Positions 10,165-18,523 of a DNA stretch of 64,000 bases are shown here, piece after piece. Source of the DNA: Thermoplasmatota archaeon (lineage in GTDB: Archaea; Thermoplasmatota; E2; DHVEG-1); assembly GCA_029939595.1 (NCBI GenBank), contig JAOZSQ010000001.1, forward strand, positions 347,669-411,668, written 5' to 3'. Position 1 is the stretch's first letter. Each line of letters begins with the position of its first letter. A program made the translations under genes and the position numbers. The notes under the pieces are model-generated. The model was given only the letters and a program-made list of their open reading frames with translations, made no database searches and was not told where the DNA came from.

Positions 10165-10184
10165 ATTGGGTGGTGACACCCAAT
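10165..10184 (+). terminator. Perfect hairpin directly after the major capsid gene
   Basis: attgggtg-gtga-cacccaat gives an 8-bp stem and 4-nt loop. It is the only GC-rich element in the spacer; no T-run follows. Confidence 0.3.
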
Positions 10185-10203
10185 AAACATTTTAATAGGA
10201 GAC

Positions 10204-10437
10204 TTGAAAATGAATTTAAACAGATTTTGTTATCCGACTGAGGCTGGTGCGTGGAGATGTTATCAAACGCACCGATCAAGATTAGAGCCTCGGATTAAGG
10301 ATAAAAATTTACTATCAAACAGAGGCAATGAACTCAATGTAAAAAGAGAGATTGCTGGAATGAAGGAAAGATTGACTCAGAGAATGGATGGCCAAGTAAG
10401 AGTTCGTTCTGCGAATGCTTATGGTGAGGATTTATGA
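10204..10437 (+). CDS. Hypothetical small protein
   Basis: 77 aa; preceded by TAGGAGA. Confidence 0.25.
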   Translation: MKMNLNRFCYPTEAGAWRCYQTHRSRLEPRIKDKNLLSNRGNELNVKREIAGMKERLTQRMDGQVRVRSANAYGEDL

Positions 10438-10673
10438 AAAAGACAATAAAACGGATGTTTGGTAATCTGCAACAAAGCCATTATTTGAGACAAATGGGAA
10501 AAAATAACTATAAGGGCTGTGTATCAGATGCCAAGTTTTATTTGGCTGATTGTAAACGTAAATGGAAAGGTGATCCTTCATTTGATTGTAAAGGTGATTA
10601 TAAAGAAGCAATGAAAGTTTGTAAGCAACGTAAAAAGCTACATCCAGATGAATTGGGTCGTACATATGGTTAA
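10434..10673 (+). CDS. Small Cys-rich basic protein (first gene of the internal-protein-like array)
   Basis: 79 aa with 5 Cys in CxxxC-like spacing; Lys-rich. Confidence 0.35.
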   Translation: MKKTIKRMFGNLQQSHYLRQMGKNNYKGCVSDAKFYLADCKRKWKGDPSFDCKGDYKEAMKVCKQRKKLHPDELGRTYG

Positions 10674-10682
10674 TGAGGATTT

Positions 10683-11159
10683 ATGATCAATAGGCGACTG
10701 TTTGAGAAGAAAAAAGAACCCTCTAAAAGTGCATTTGGGGTTTGTATAGAGAAGTGCGGCATTGAAATGAGTTCGCAGAAAGCTCTTGGTGTAGGCAAAA
10801 AGGCTTGGACCGAGATGGAAAAACCACCAGGAAATGATGCTGCAAGTGTCATTGGATCTATGGCTGCGAATGGAAAAGGTGCTGGTAATTTCAAAAATCC
10901 AATGTGTATACGAGGGTGCTTTAAATATAAGACAGCCGATGATGATAATAAGATAAAGGAAGCAAGAACACAGGCACAAAAAATTGTGGATACTGTCCAA
11001 GTAAGGAATGTACAAGGAAGCGACATAGGTAAAGGTCAACCTCCGGCTGCTGGTGCGGCTCCCGCTAAATCTGTCAAAGCACAGAAATGTAAAGGACAGG
11101 GAGGTACTTGGAGAGGATTTGGAGGATGTGTAAACGCTCAAGGTAAAAAAATGTTTTAG
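10683..11159 (+). CDS. Internal-protein-like small basic protein
   Basis: Leader MINRRLFE|KKK carries the (L/I)xE motif. C-terminal KCKGQGGTWRGFGGCV. Confidence 0.4.
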   Translation: MINRRLFEKKKEPSKSAFGVCIEKCGIEMSSQKALGVGKKAWTEMEKPPGNDAASVIGSMAANGKGAGNFKNPMCIRGCFKYKTADDDNKIKEARTQAQKIVDTVQVRNVQGSDIGKGQPPAAGAAPAKSVKAQKCKGQGGTWRGFGGCVNAQGKKMF

Positions 11160-11168
11160 GAGAACATT

Positions 11169-11354
11169 ATGATTACAAAAAACTCAAGATTACAAAATGA
11201 AGGTCTCAAAAGTGCTGTTAAAGGTATGGGAAGAGACATCGCAGCATTCAGTGAATGCAAAAAGGTTGATTGTAAAGACAAAAAAGGACACGCAAAACAG
11301 CTTTGTATAGCCGATTGTGTTCAAAAGAAAGCGGCTGGAAGTATTGATACATAG
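11169..11354 (+). CDS. Internal-protein-like small protein
   Basis: 61 aa; leader MITKNSRLQNEG; Cys pairs; upstream TAGGAGA RBS. Confidence 0.35.
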   Translation: MITKNSRLQNEGLKSAVKGMGRDIAAFSECKKVDCKDKKGHAKQLCIADCVQKKAAGSIDT

Positions 11355-11425
11355 AAGCCAAAATATTAAACTAATTTATAAAAGAAAAAAATATACCATT
11401 TAATCTATTCAAATGAGGATTAGAT

Positions 11426-11710
11426 ATGATTAGTAGAAAATCAATGTACATGACTGAAAAATACGGTGTTGGTGCTACAATAGGAATTGCAGCAGGTGGC
11501 ATGAAAAATAAAGCTAAAGAAGCTTTTGATAAACATAAAGGAAAACTTACAGGTAAAAAAGCAAAGATCGCAGGTGGTGCATTAGCAGGTGGTGCAGCAA
11601 TAGCAGGTGGTGCAGCAATAGCTAAAAAACTCAAAAAAAGAAAATGTTTGAAAAGATGCGATACAATGAAAGGCAAGAAAAAAAGCGGATGCGTAAGAAT
11701 GTGTAAATAA
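11426..11710 (+). CDS. Internal-protein-like Gly/Ala-rich basic protein
   Basis: MISRKSMYMTEKYG leader, (AGG)n hydrophobic segment. Its C-terminal 30 aa (KKLKKRKCLKRC.TMKGKKKSGCVRMCK) is identical to that of the next gene. Confidence 0.45.
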   Translation: MISRKSMYMTEKYGVGATIGIAAGGMKNKAKEAFDKHKGKLTGKKAKIAGGALAGGAAIAGGAAIAKKLKKRKCLKRCDTMKGKKKSGCVRMCK

Positions 11711-11741
11711 AAACTTATTTTTAAAATTATGGAGAATAACT

Positions 11742-12098
11742 ATGATTAGTATGCAAAGAGTTCAAAGAGTTCAAAGAGTTCAAAGAGTACCATTGGTTTT
11801 AAAAGAAGCCGGTATATTTGATCCTGCTCCTGGTGAAAAAACCGGTGGTGCATTAAAAAAATTAAGGAAGGCTGCTGATGCAGCAACAGGTTCAACTACA
11901 AGTAATCGTGTAAAAGAGGCTGGAAAAGGCAAGCATGGAACAAAATTGAAGGTTGCAGGAGCAGCAGTAGCAGGAGCAGCAGTAGTTGGTGCTGGAATGG
12001 CTATTAAAAAGAAATTGAAAAAGAGAAAGTGTCTGAAAAGATGTGCAACAATGAAAGGCAAGAAAAAAAGCGGTTGTGTAAGAATGTGTAAAAAATAA
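11742..12098 (+). CDS. Internal-protein-like Gly/Ala-rich basic protein (paralog of 11426)
   Basis: MISMQ(RVQ)4...LVLKE|AG leader; same Cys-rich tail as 11426. Confidence 0.45.
   Translation: MISMQRVQRVQRVQRVPLVLKEAGIFDPAPGEKTGGALKKLRKAADAATGSTTSNRVKEAGKGKHGTKLKVAGAAVAGAAVVGAGMAIKKKLKKRKCLKRCATMKGKKKSGCVRMCKK
11754..11789 (+). repeat. 9-bp tandem repeat, four copies (caaagagtt), encoding (QRV)4
   Basis: caaagagtt caaagagtt caaagagtt caaagagta read directly from the sequence; the unit preserves reading frame. Confidence 0.8.
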
Positions 12099-12110
12099 TC
12101 AAGGATTATT

Positions 12111-12368
12111 ATGATAGTTAGACAACATTTGAAAGAAGGTGTTGACATCTCACAATTGAGATCTTGTATTGAGGATTTTCCTCAAGGTAGAGGGGATCGT
12201 GGATTTGATGCTTGTATGAGAGGTGGACCGCCTGAGATTGATTATTCTAGGCATATGACACAAAGGCAAAAATCTATAAATGATTGCCAATCCGATGCAC
12301 GAGCGGCATGTGGAGGAAAGAAAACTTGTATAGTTGCTTATATCAATGATTGTATTACCAATAAGTGA
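12111..12368 (+). CDS. Internal-protein-like Cys-rich small protein
   Basis: MIVRQHLKE|GV leader; 6 Cys. Confidence 0.35.
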   Translation: MIVRQHLKEGVDISQLRSCIEDFPQGRGDRGFDACMRGGPPEIDYSRHMTQRQKSINDCQSDARAACGGKKTCIVAYINDCITNK

Positions 12369-12595
12369 CAATGAGAAGAGATTGTAGTTCCATAGATAAC
12401 CAAAATATGAAAGTTCGTTGTTGTGTTAATTATTGTGGTAAAAACAATCTCAGTAACACCCAACGGAGTACAGGTAAATCTTGTTTAGCTACATGTATGG
12501 ATAAAGGTCGTCCTTTAGATATAGACAGATCACGATCTGTGGGTTTTAGATCAGGAAATTATGCTGATGATATTGCCCATTTAATGAGAAGATAA
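12365..12595 (+). CDS. Small Cys-rich protein
   Basis: 76 aa, 8 Cys (CC.NYCG...C..C); ATGA overlap with the upstream gene. Confidence 0.3.
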   Translation: MTMRRDCSSIDNQNMKVRCCVNYCGKNNLSNTQRSTGKSCLATCMDKGRPLDIDRSRSVGFRSGNYADDIAHLMRR

Positions 12596-12610
12596 ATTTA
12601 GGAGAAAAAT

Positions 12611-12886
12611 ATGATTTCACGAAAAGGTTGTATTACAGAAAAACACTTTGCAAGAAAAGCTGTTGGTGCTCTTATTGGTGGTGCAGCCGGTGCCGCAGTA
12701 GGTAGTAAAGTTAAGAATGCCAAGGGTAAAGGTCATAAGAAAACTGGTGCTATTGCTGGAGCAGTTGCAGGATGGCAAGGAGCCGGTGCAGCTAGTAAAG
12801 CAGTAGATTGTGCAAAAAAACGTAAGAAAATGTGTGCTGGTAAAAAAGGACCTGCTTTGGAAAAATGTAAAGCTAGAGCTTGTTAA
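12611..12886 (+). CDS. Internal-protein-like Gly/Ala-rich basic protein
   Basis: MISRKGCITE|KH leader; GGAAGAAVG and AGAVAGWQGAGAAS segments; Cys-rich Lys tail. Confidence 0.45.
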   Translation: MISRKGCITEKHFARKAVGALIGGAAGAAVGSKVKNAKGKGHKKTGAIAGAVAGWQGAGAASKAVDCAKKRKKMCAGKKGPALEKCKARAC

Positions 12887-12895
12887 GGAGATATT

Positions 12896-13207
12896 ATGAT
12901 CTCAAGACTTACAGAAAAACATGAAGGTAAAAAACTTCTTGGTATGCTTGGTGGTGCTTATGCTGGTGCTAAAGCGGCTTCTGCTGCTACCAATAAATAT
13001 GGTAAACCACAAACCGGTATAGAAGGTATGTCAAGAGATATAAGAAATAGTTCTCTAGGTGCATTGGCTGGAGGTTTTGCTGGTTATCAAGGTGGTAAGA
13101 AAATTGGTAAAGTAATGGATGCAAAATGTAGGAAAAAAAGAAAGAAAGCATGTGGCAAGATATCCAAATCTAAAAGAAAAGATTGTTATAAATCGGTTAA
13201 ATGTTAG
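12896..13207 (+). CDS. Internal-protein-like Gly/Ala-rich basic protein
   Basis: MISRLTE|KH leader; stop codon embedded in TAGGAGG. Confidence 0.45.
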   Translation: MISRLTEKHEGKKLLGMLGGAYAGAKAASAATNKYGKPQTGIEGMSRDIRNSSLGALAGGFAGYQGGKKIGKVMDAKCRKKRKKACGKISKSKRKDCYKSVKC

Positions 13208-13214
13208 GAGGATT

Positions 13215-13508
13215 ATGATTTCAAGACAATATATTACAGAAAAACATTTTTTTAAAAAACTTGGTGGAGCCATTGTTGGTGGTGCTGCTGGCGGAACTGC
13301 TGGTAGAATAGCATCTGGTAATAAAAATGCGCCAAGTGCTGCTGGTGCTGTTGGAACCATAGCTGGTGCTGTAGCTGGTTGGAAAGGTGGAAAAGCAATA
13401 GGCAAGCATTTAGATTGTAAAAAGAAAAAAGATAAAGCTTGTAAAAAATTTAAAGGAACACCGAAGTATAAAACGTGTGCGGATAAAATTGCATGTCCAG
13501 GTAAATAG
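13215..13508 (+). CDS. Internal-protein-like Gly/Ala-rich basic protein (start corrected from the ORF-track 13119)
   Basis: MISRQYITE|KH leader with the RBS taggaggattATG; GGAAGGTAG...AGAVAGWKGGKAIGK; CKKKKDKACKKF...C tail. Confidence 0.45.
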   Translation: MISRQYITEKHFFKKLGGAIVGGAAGGTAGRIASGNKNAPSAAGAVGTIAGAVAGWKGGKAIGKHLDCKKKKDKACKKFKGTPKYKTCADKIACPGK

Positions 13509-13515
13509 GAGAGTT

Positions 13516-13809
13516 ATGATTTCAAGACAATATATTACGGAAAGACATACGGGTAAAAAAGTAGCTGGTGCCGTTGCTGGTTTTTTTGGTGGTGGAATAG
13601 CTGCTGATGCTGCTGCTAATGCTGCTGGATTAAAAGGTAATAAGTTTTCAGCAGCTAAACTTACTGGATATATCGGTGGTGCTGCTGCTGGTTGGAAAGG
13701 TGGCAAAAAACTTGGTAAAATGTCAGATTGTAGAAAAAAGAAGAAAAAAGAATGTGGCAAGCTATCAGGCGATGCAAAAGCCAAATGTCTTAAAAGTGTT
13801 AAATGTTAG
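13516..13809 (+). CDS. Internal-protein-like Gly/Ala-rich basic protein (close paralog of 13215; start corrected)
   Basis: MISRQYITE|RH leader; AAAGWKGGKKLGK; RBS taggagagttATG. Confidence 0.45.
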   Translation: MISRQYITERHTGKKVAGAVAGFFGGGIAADAAANAAGLKGNKFSAAKLTGYIGGAAAGWKGGKKLGKMSDCRKKKKKECGKLSGDAKAKCLKSVKC

Positions 13810-13818
13810 GAGGATATT

Positions 13819-14064
13819 ATGATAAGTAGAATGCCATCTCTTTTATCATTATTTGAAAAAACCAAAATCATTAAAAAGTGTGCTAACAAAGATAAAGTTA
13901 GACTCGGAGATACATGTGTTTCCAAAAAAGACAAAAGAGTTATTAAAAAGGCGAAAGCCAGTAAGAAATGGGCTAAAGAACATGGAGTAAGTGTTGCTAA
14001 GTCCAGAGCGAAAAGCAAGAAAAATAAAGGAAAAACTAAAACTAGAATTGTTAAAGTTAAATAG
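13819..14064 (+). CDS. Internal-protein-like Lys-rich protein
   Basis: MISRMPSLLSLFE|KTK leader; C...C pair; very basic. Confidence 0.4.
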   Translation: MISRMPSLLSLFEKTKIIKKCANKDKVRLGDTCVSKKDKRVIKKAKASKKWAKEHGVSVAKSRAKSKKNKGKTKTRIVKVK

Positions 14065-14074
14065 GAGAATACAA

Positions 14075-14377
14075 ATGATTAATAGATTACCAGTTCCAAT
14101 ACGAGCACAATCTATAACCAGACAATTAGTGGCAGAAACATCAATGTCAGAAACACTAATGGAAGGTAAAAAACTTATTGTACCTTGTAAGGGTAATAAA
14201 GTTAAAGTCGGTGGAAAATGTTTGAAAAAATCTGATCATAAAGTTGTGAAGATGAAAAAGAAAGCCAAAATAAGTAATAAAAAGAATAAAAGAGGAAGAG
14301 AATTATCTGTGAAGAAGTATAACAAAAGAAAAGCTCAAGGTAAAGTAAGAACCAAAAAAGGGAAAGCTATGAATTAG
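14075..14377 (+). CDS. Internal-protein-like Lys-rich protein (start corrected from 13991)
   Basis: MINRLPVP...TLME|GKK leader; RBS ataggagaatacaaATG; C..C pair. Confidence 0.4.
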   Translation: MINRLPVPIRAQSITRQLVAETSMSETLMEGKKLIVPCKGNKVKVGGKCLKKSDHKVVKMKKKAKISNKKNKRGRELSVKKYNKRKAQGKVRTKKGKAMN

Positions 14378-14386
14378 GAGACTGCT

Positions 14387-14623
14387 ATGATTTCAAGACA
14401 ATATTCAAGATCAATGTTAATTGAGAAGAAAGGAGTAGCTTGTAAGGATGTTTGTAAAGGCAATAAAGATCCTAAATGTATTACAAAGTGTAGAGCCAAA
14501 AAAGTATTAACAGGTAAAAATGTTGGTACTAAAGGTAAATTGGCTAGTCTTGCTGGTGGAATTGCTCTTGGTGGAGCAGCTATAGCAGCACGTAAGCATT
14601 TTAAAAATAAAAAACAGGCATAG
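14387..14623 (+). CDS. Internal-protein-like protein
   Basis: MISRQYSRSMLIE|KKG leader; Cys cluster followed by a GGIALGGAAIAA hydrophobic segment. Confidence 0.4.
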   Translation: MISRQYSRSMLIEKKGVACKDVCKGNKDPKCITKCRAKKVLTGKNVGTKGKLASLAGGIALGGAAIAARKHFKNKKQA

Positions 14624-14625
14624 CA

Positions 14626-14918
14626 ATGATATCAAGAATGCCAATTTTATTGGAAGCCAAACGGTTAACAACAGTATCAAAGAGTCAGTTTAACAAGAAT
14701 GTTAAACTGTCTCAAAAATCTTCTGTTAAAAGAAAGAAAGCAAAGGCTAATGTGTTATATGCAAAATAAAATAAAACAAAGCTTAAAGCAGCAAAAAGAA
14801 TAAAAGATAGGTGTACTGATGGCGTGGGTCCAAATAAAAAGTGTGTTGTGCAAGGTGGCAAAATGAAAAAGATTGCATCCAATGTAGTGGTTAGAAACGT
14901 AAATACCAAGAAAAAGTG
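14626..14918 (+). pseudogene. Internal-protein-like paralog interrupted by an in-frame TAA at 14767
   Basis: MISRMPILLE|AKR leader. The frame continues after the TAA into CTDGVGPNKKCVVQGG, which matches the C-x9-C motif of neighbouring paralogs. Confidence 0.35.
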
Positions 14919-15179
14919 ATGATTATAGAAAAACTTAGTCCGGCTCAACGTCTAATCCCAACAGGAAAAAGACGAAATATGCAAAGAACTAAGGCAACTA
15001 TGCAGGTTAAAACATCTGTTTATAATGATCAGTATTATAAAACTAAGAAGAAGAAAATATCCACAAAACGGGCAAGGAAGCGTTTGATTTGTCCAGCCAA
15101 CAAAAAAGCAATCACTAATCCAAAAACTGGTGTCATTACTTGTGTGAATTTACATAAAGTAGCTAGAAAGGTATATTAG
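14919..15179 (+). CDS. Internal-protein-like basic protein
   Basis: MIIE|KLSP leader; Lys/Arg-rich. Confidence 0.35.
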   Translation: MIIEKLSPAQRLIPTGKRRNMQRTKATMQVKTSVYNDQYYKTKKKKISTKRARKRLICPANKKAITNPKTGVITCVNLHKVARKVY

Positions 15180-15186
15180 GAGTGTT

Positions 15187-15627
15187 ATGATTCACAGAAA
15201 AAGAGTATTAAAGGAAGCCACTTTTGATTATGACGATTGGGAAAAGTCAAGTAGAACTGGTGGTATGGGATCTAATAGATCAGGTTATAATAGGAATTCA
15301 CCACCAGGAGATGACAAATTATCAAAGTTTTTAGATTTGTTTAAATATGGTGTTTCTAATCAGGATGCTCTTGCTAAATTGGGTGATAGAACATCAAAGA
15401 TGTTCAGAACCAAGAAACAAAAAGAAAGGGATGGTAGTCAAGAAACTGAAATGAAGTTGAAAGACTGTTTTCAGGCATCCCATAAGGATTGTATACAGTT
15501 TGCAGAACGCAATGGGAAAATAGAAGATTATCAAAAGTGCTACGATTTATCTACTGCTAATTGTATAGGCAGATTTGATAAGAAATTAAGTAAGCATTAT
15601 TTGAAAAAAGCGAAATCTTTAAGATAG
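15187..15627 (+). CDS. Internal-protein-like protein
   Basis: MIHRKRVLKE|AT leader; 146 aa; RBS ttaggagtgttATG. Confidence 0.4.
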   Translation: MIHRKRVLKEATFDYDDWEKSSRTGGMGSNRSGYNRNSPPGDDKLSKFLDLFKYGVSNQDALAKLGDRTSKMFRTKKQKERDGSQETEMKLKDCFQASHKDCIQFAERNGKIEDYQKCYDLSTANCIGRFDKKLSKHYLKKAKSLR

Positions 15628-15633
15628 GATACT

Positions 15634-15948
15634 ATGATACGGTTAAATGAGAAATACAAGAAATCCATTGCCGGACCGAAGGGTTCTGCAAAGGGTATGA
15701 AAGCTAACATTACTAAAGAATTTAATAGAGCGTATGTTGCACAGGCTGAAATAGAAAGAAAAAATTGTAAAACGACAGTTGATAAAAACTATAAATGTTG
15801 TAAAAAACTTGCTGGTGGTAAGGAAGATACTAAATTTTGTGATTATGCTTATAAAAGAGTAAAAATGTCTTGTGCAGGTGCAATTAAGAAGGGTGAAGGA
15901 GCAAAGATGGGTTTTAATCCAACTAATTTTTGTAGTAAAAAAAAATAA
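15634..15948 (+). CDS. Internal-protein-like Cys-rich basic protein
   Basis: MIRLNE|KYKK leader; 7 Cys. Confidence 0.4.
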   Translation: MIRLNEKYKKSIAGPKGSAKGMKANITKEFNRAYVAQAEIERKNCKTTVDKNYKCCKKLAGGKEDTKFCDYAYKRVKMSCAGAIKKGEGAKMGFNPTNFCSKKK

Positions 15949-16037
15949 AGATATTTTATCAATTCTTAACAGTAAGTAAGTATTTGGATAATACAATATT
16001 ATAAAGCAAAAGCAAAATCATTAAGATAGGAGATATT

Positions 16038-16520
16038 ATGATTATATTAAACGAGAGAGGAACTAAATTGGGGATGGCTCAAGCCAGGGGAGCTAAAGAG
16101 GTCCTGTCTATGAAAAGAGCAGGCAAACTTACCAAAAGTGGGCGTGGAGGACTTCGTATAAGGAAATCCGATGCCAATGAACTTAAACTGATGAAAAAAG
16201 CTATTAAGGCAGAAGAAAAGTATAAGGATTTTAGATCAAAAGGTAAACGTGGTATGACTCAGATTGGAAACAATCAGTGTTTTTGTCAGGATCGTGGTGA
16301 TGGTTCGGGAACCATTTGTTATGTAAGAACCAATAAAGGTAATGTTAAACCTTCTAATGGTAAAAAATGTACACCTAAATTAGCTGCTAAACATGCGTTG
16401 GCAAGAGAACGTGGTGGGCAAAAAGCAAAGAGTTCTGAACATAATAGACGACAGGCACTTGGTTCATTAGGTGGATTAGGAAAAGCAGCGAAGTCAATGT
16501 GGCCAAAAGGCATAAATTAG
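16038..16520 (+). CDS. Internal-protein-like basic protein
   Basis: MIILNE|RGTK leader; RBS taggagatattATG. Confidence 0.4.
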   Translation: MIILNERGTKLGMAQARGAKEVLSMKRAGKLTKSGRGGLRIRKSDANELKLMKKAIKAEEKYKDFRSKGKRGMTQIGNNQCFCQDRGDGSGTICYVRTNKGNVKPSNGKKCTPKLAAKHALARERGGQKAKSSEHNRRQALGSLGGLGKAAKSMWPKGIN

Positions 16521-16527
16521 AGGTGTT

Positions 16528-17220
16528 ATGATACACAGAAAACCACAGAGAAGATTAAATGAGGGAGTTTCTAAAGATGCTTTGGATACTGGCGCAAAAG
16601 GTGTTGCTGGTGCGTTTAAAGATCCTGAAGGATTTGAGAAATTCCAAAATAATGTTCGTAGATGGATGGGTAAGCAAGCCAGAAAAAATGTGGATATGGA
16701 TGAGTTAGTAAGATATACTAACAAATGCATGGCTTACAAAGACAATGTTTGTGTTGATAGATATATGGGTAAAGAAGGAAGTGCAATGAATTCTGCTCCA
16801 ACTTTTAGAGGAGATGGAAAAATGGCATCAGCAAAGCTTCCAAAATCACAGGCTGATTTAAAGGGATATTGGAAGTGCAAGAAAGAACTCACTAAAGGTT
16901 GTTTGGATACCGCAGATAAAAGTTTGGCACTTCAAGATAAAATAGATGCAAGAAGACCCAAAAGTTGTAAAGATAAGTGTAAAACTAAGTATAATACTTC
17001 TCAAGAGATAAAAAAATGTAAACGTGGATGTACAGCCAAGTCCATAGGAAAAGGCGTTGCAATTGGTGCTGGAATAGCGGCAACTGGAGCAGGTATTATG
17101 TATGGTAAACAAGGCATTTCTAGTGTGAAGAAGGCTGGTAGTAAGTATATGAAAGGAATTAAAAATGCACTTAGCGGAAAAGATAAGTCAACCAGTTCTA
17201 TTATATTAAGTAAAAGGTAA
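16528..17220 (+). CDS. Internal-protein-like protein with a C-terminal Gly/Ala hydrophobic segment
   Basis: MIHRKPQRRLNE|GVS leader; the ...CKDKCKTKYNTSQEIKKCKRGCTAKSIGKGVAIGAGIAATGAGI region is paralogous to the tail of 17227. Confidence 0.4.
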   Translation: MIHRKPQRRLNEGVSKDALDTGAKGVAGAFKDPEGFEKFQNNVRRWMGKQARKNVDMDELVRYTNKCMAYKDNVCVDRYMGKEGSAMNSAPTFRGDGKMASAKLPKSQADLKGYWKCKKELTKGCLDTADKSLALQDKIDARRPKSCKDKCKTKYNTSQEIKKCKRGCTAKSIGKGVAIGAGIAATGAGIMYGKQGISSVKKAGSKYMKGIKNALSGKDKSTSSIILSKR

Positions 17221-17226
17221 GATAAT

Positions 17227-18099
17227 ATGATACATCAATCACGAAAACCGATTAGACAAAATAGAGTGGGTTGTTCACCTGTTAGACGACAGCGTTTGTT
17301 TGAAGAAGATTTAATTGAAGTGAGGAATTGGAGAAAGTATTCAAAAATGGAAAATGAAGAAAAATCCTCTAAAAAATCAACTCAAACGGATGAACAAGGT
17401 AATAAACTCAGAAAAGATGGTAAACGATTTGAACCAAGAGGATCGTCAGTAGCAGCACAACGACAAGCGACCTCTGGTATTGCTGCTATCTTTAACAACC
17501 CAGGAAAGTTTGATAGGTTCATGGGTAATATCAGAAAGCAAGTTAGTAGAATAGCCAGAACCAATGCTGAATATGATGAGATAATTAACAGTTTAGAGGA
17601 TTGTCAAAATTATAAAGATTTGATGTGTGTTGATAGGCATATGGGTGGTAGAATTGGTGATATTTTGAATGATCCAGTATCCACAGGAGCAATGCTTAGA
17701 GGTACACCCGCTAAAGGTAAAAAGCGTGATAAGGAAGAAACTGATAAAACATATAGAGAACCTGATTTGGCGGGATATGAAAAGTGTAGAGAAGTTCAAG
17801 TCAAGGCTTGTACTGATAATATGTTGAAAAGTTTAAAAGCTAGAAAGAAAATAAGTAAATTGCGTCCAAAAAGCTGCAAAGATAAGTGTAAGAAAGAATA
17901 TAAATCACAACCCGATTTGATGAAAGTATGTAACCGCAGATGTACAACTAAAGCAATTGGTAAAAGTGCTGCGTTTGGTGCTGGTGCAGCTTTGGCTGGT
18001 GCGGGTATTTATTATGGTACAAAATTTGGAGCATCTGGTATAAAGTCCAGATTAGAAAAAGCGGCTAGTCGTATGGCTGGTAGATTTACCCAAAAATAG
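17227..18099 (+). CDS. Internal-protein-like protein (largest array member, paralog of 16528)
   Basis: MIHQSRKP...RLFE|EDLIE|V leader; shares the CKDKCKKEY...CNRRCTTKAIGKSAAFGAGAALAGAGI tail with 16528. Confidence 0.4.
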   Translation: MIHQSRKPIRQNRVGCSPVRRQRLFEEDLIEVRNWRKYSKMENEEKSSKKSTQTDEQGNKLRKDGKRFEPRGSSVAAQRQATSGIAAIFNNPGKFDRFMGNIRKQVSRIARTNAEYDEIINSLEDCQNYKDLMCVDRHMGGRIGDILNDPVSTGAMLRGTPAKGKKRDKEETDKTYREPDLAGYEKCREVQVKACTDNMLKSLKARKKISKLRPKSCKDKCKKEYKSQPDLMKVCNRRCTTKAIGKSAAFGAGAALAGAGIYYGTKFGASGIKSRLEKAASRMAGRFTQK

Positions 18100-18101
18100 T
18101 C

Positions 18102-18269
18102 ATGCTACAAGAAAAGCGTAGATATTTAGTAAGGAAAGTATTTAAAAAACATTATAATAAGAAAGTAGAATGTGATCCATCAGAAAGGTTTGAAAAAGAA
18201 CCTTTCTGTTTGGATATGGGTAAGGTTTTTGATGAAAAAACTTGTGAATGTAAGAAACCCAAAAAATAA
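18102..18269 (+). CDS. Small Cys-containing array member (shorter than the ORF-track cutoff)
   Basis: Translation MLQE|KRRYLVRKVFKKHYNKKVECDPSERFEKEPFCLDMGKVFDEKTCECKKPKK; last gene of the plus-strand run. Confidence 0.3.
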   Translation: MLQEKRRYLVRKVFKKHYNKKVECDPSERFEKEPFCLDMGKVFDEKTCECKKPKK

Positions 18270-18506
18270 TTATTGATTAAAAAACTCTTGTTGATCCTTT
18301 CCACTCGGTTCAGATACTACTTCTTTCGCCTTTTTCCATTCTTCAGCAAACTCCGCAACAGCAAAGTCAGCTATTTTGTCAGCAAATAAATGGCCATTAA
18401 TAGTTATCAAATCTTCTTCTTTATATAGTTCAGTATACATTAACGCTTGATAAACAGATTGATATATCTGTTTTTTAGCTGTTTTTATATTTGAAAATAT
18501 TTCCAT
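18270..18506 (-). CDS. Hypothetical small acidic protein
   Basis: 78 aa; first gene of the minus-strand block. Confidence 0.3.
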   Translation of the reverse strand: MEIFSNIKTAKKQIYQSVYQALMYTELYKEEDLITINGHLFADKIADFAVAEFAEEWKKAKEVVSEPSGKDQQEFFNQ

Positions 18507-18523
18507 GATTCCTCCTATTTCTT

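Noticed and set aside
10165-10184. Calling the post-capsid hairpin a definite intrinsic terminator
   Set aside because: The stem is perfect but it is not followed by a U-tract, so it may instead be an RNA-stability or processing element. Kept only as a low-confidence terminator feature.
13119-13508. Longer ORF-track versions of array genes (13119..13508, 13477..13809, 13991..14377) and the -1-frame ORF 54510..54884 as independent genes
   Set aside because: The upstream extensions overlap the preceding gene and lack an RBS, whereas the internal MISR/MINR starts have TAGGAG RBSs. 54510 lacks an RBS and completes a motif begun in the frame of 54433.
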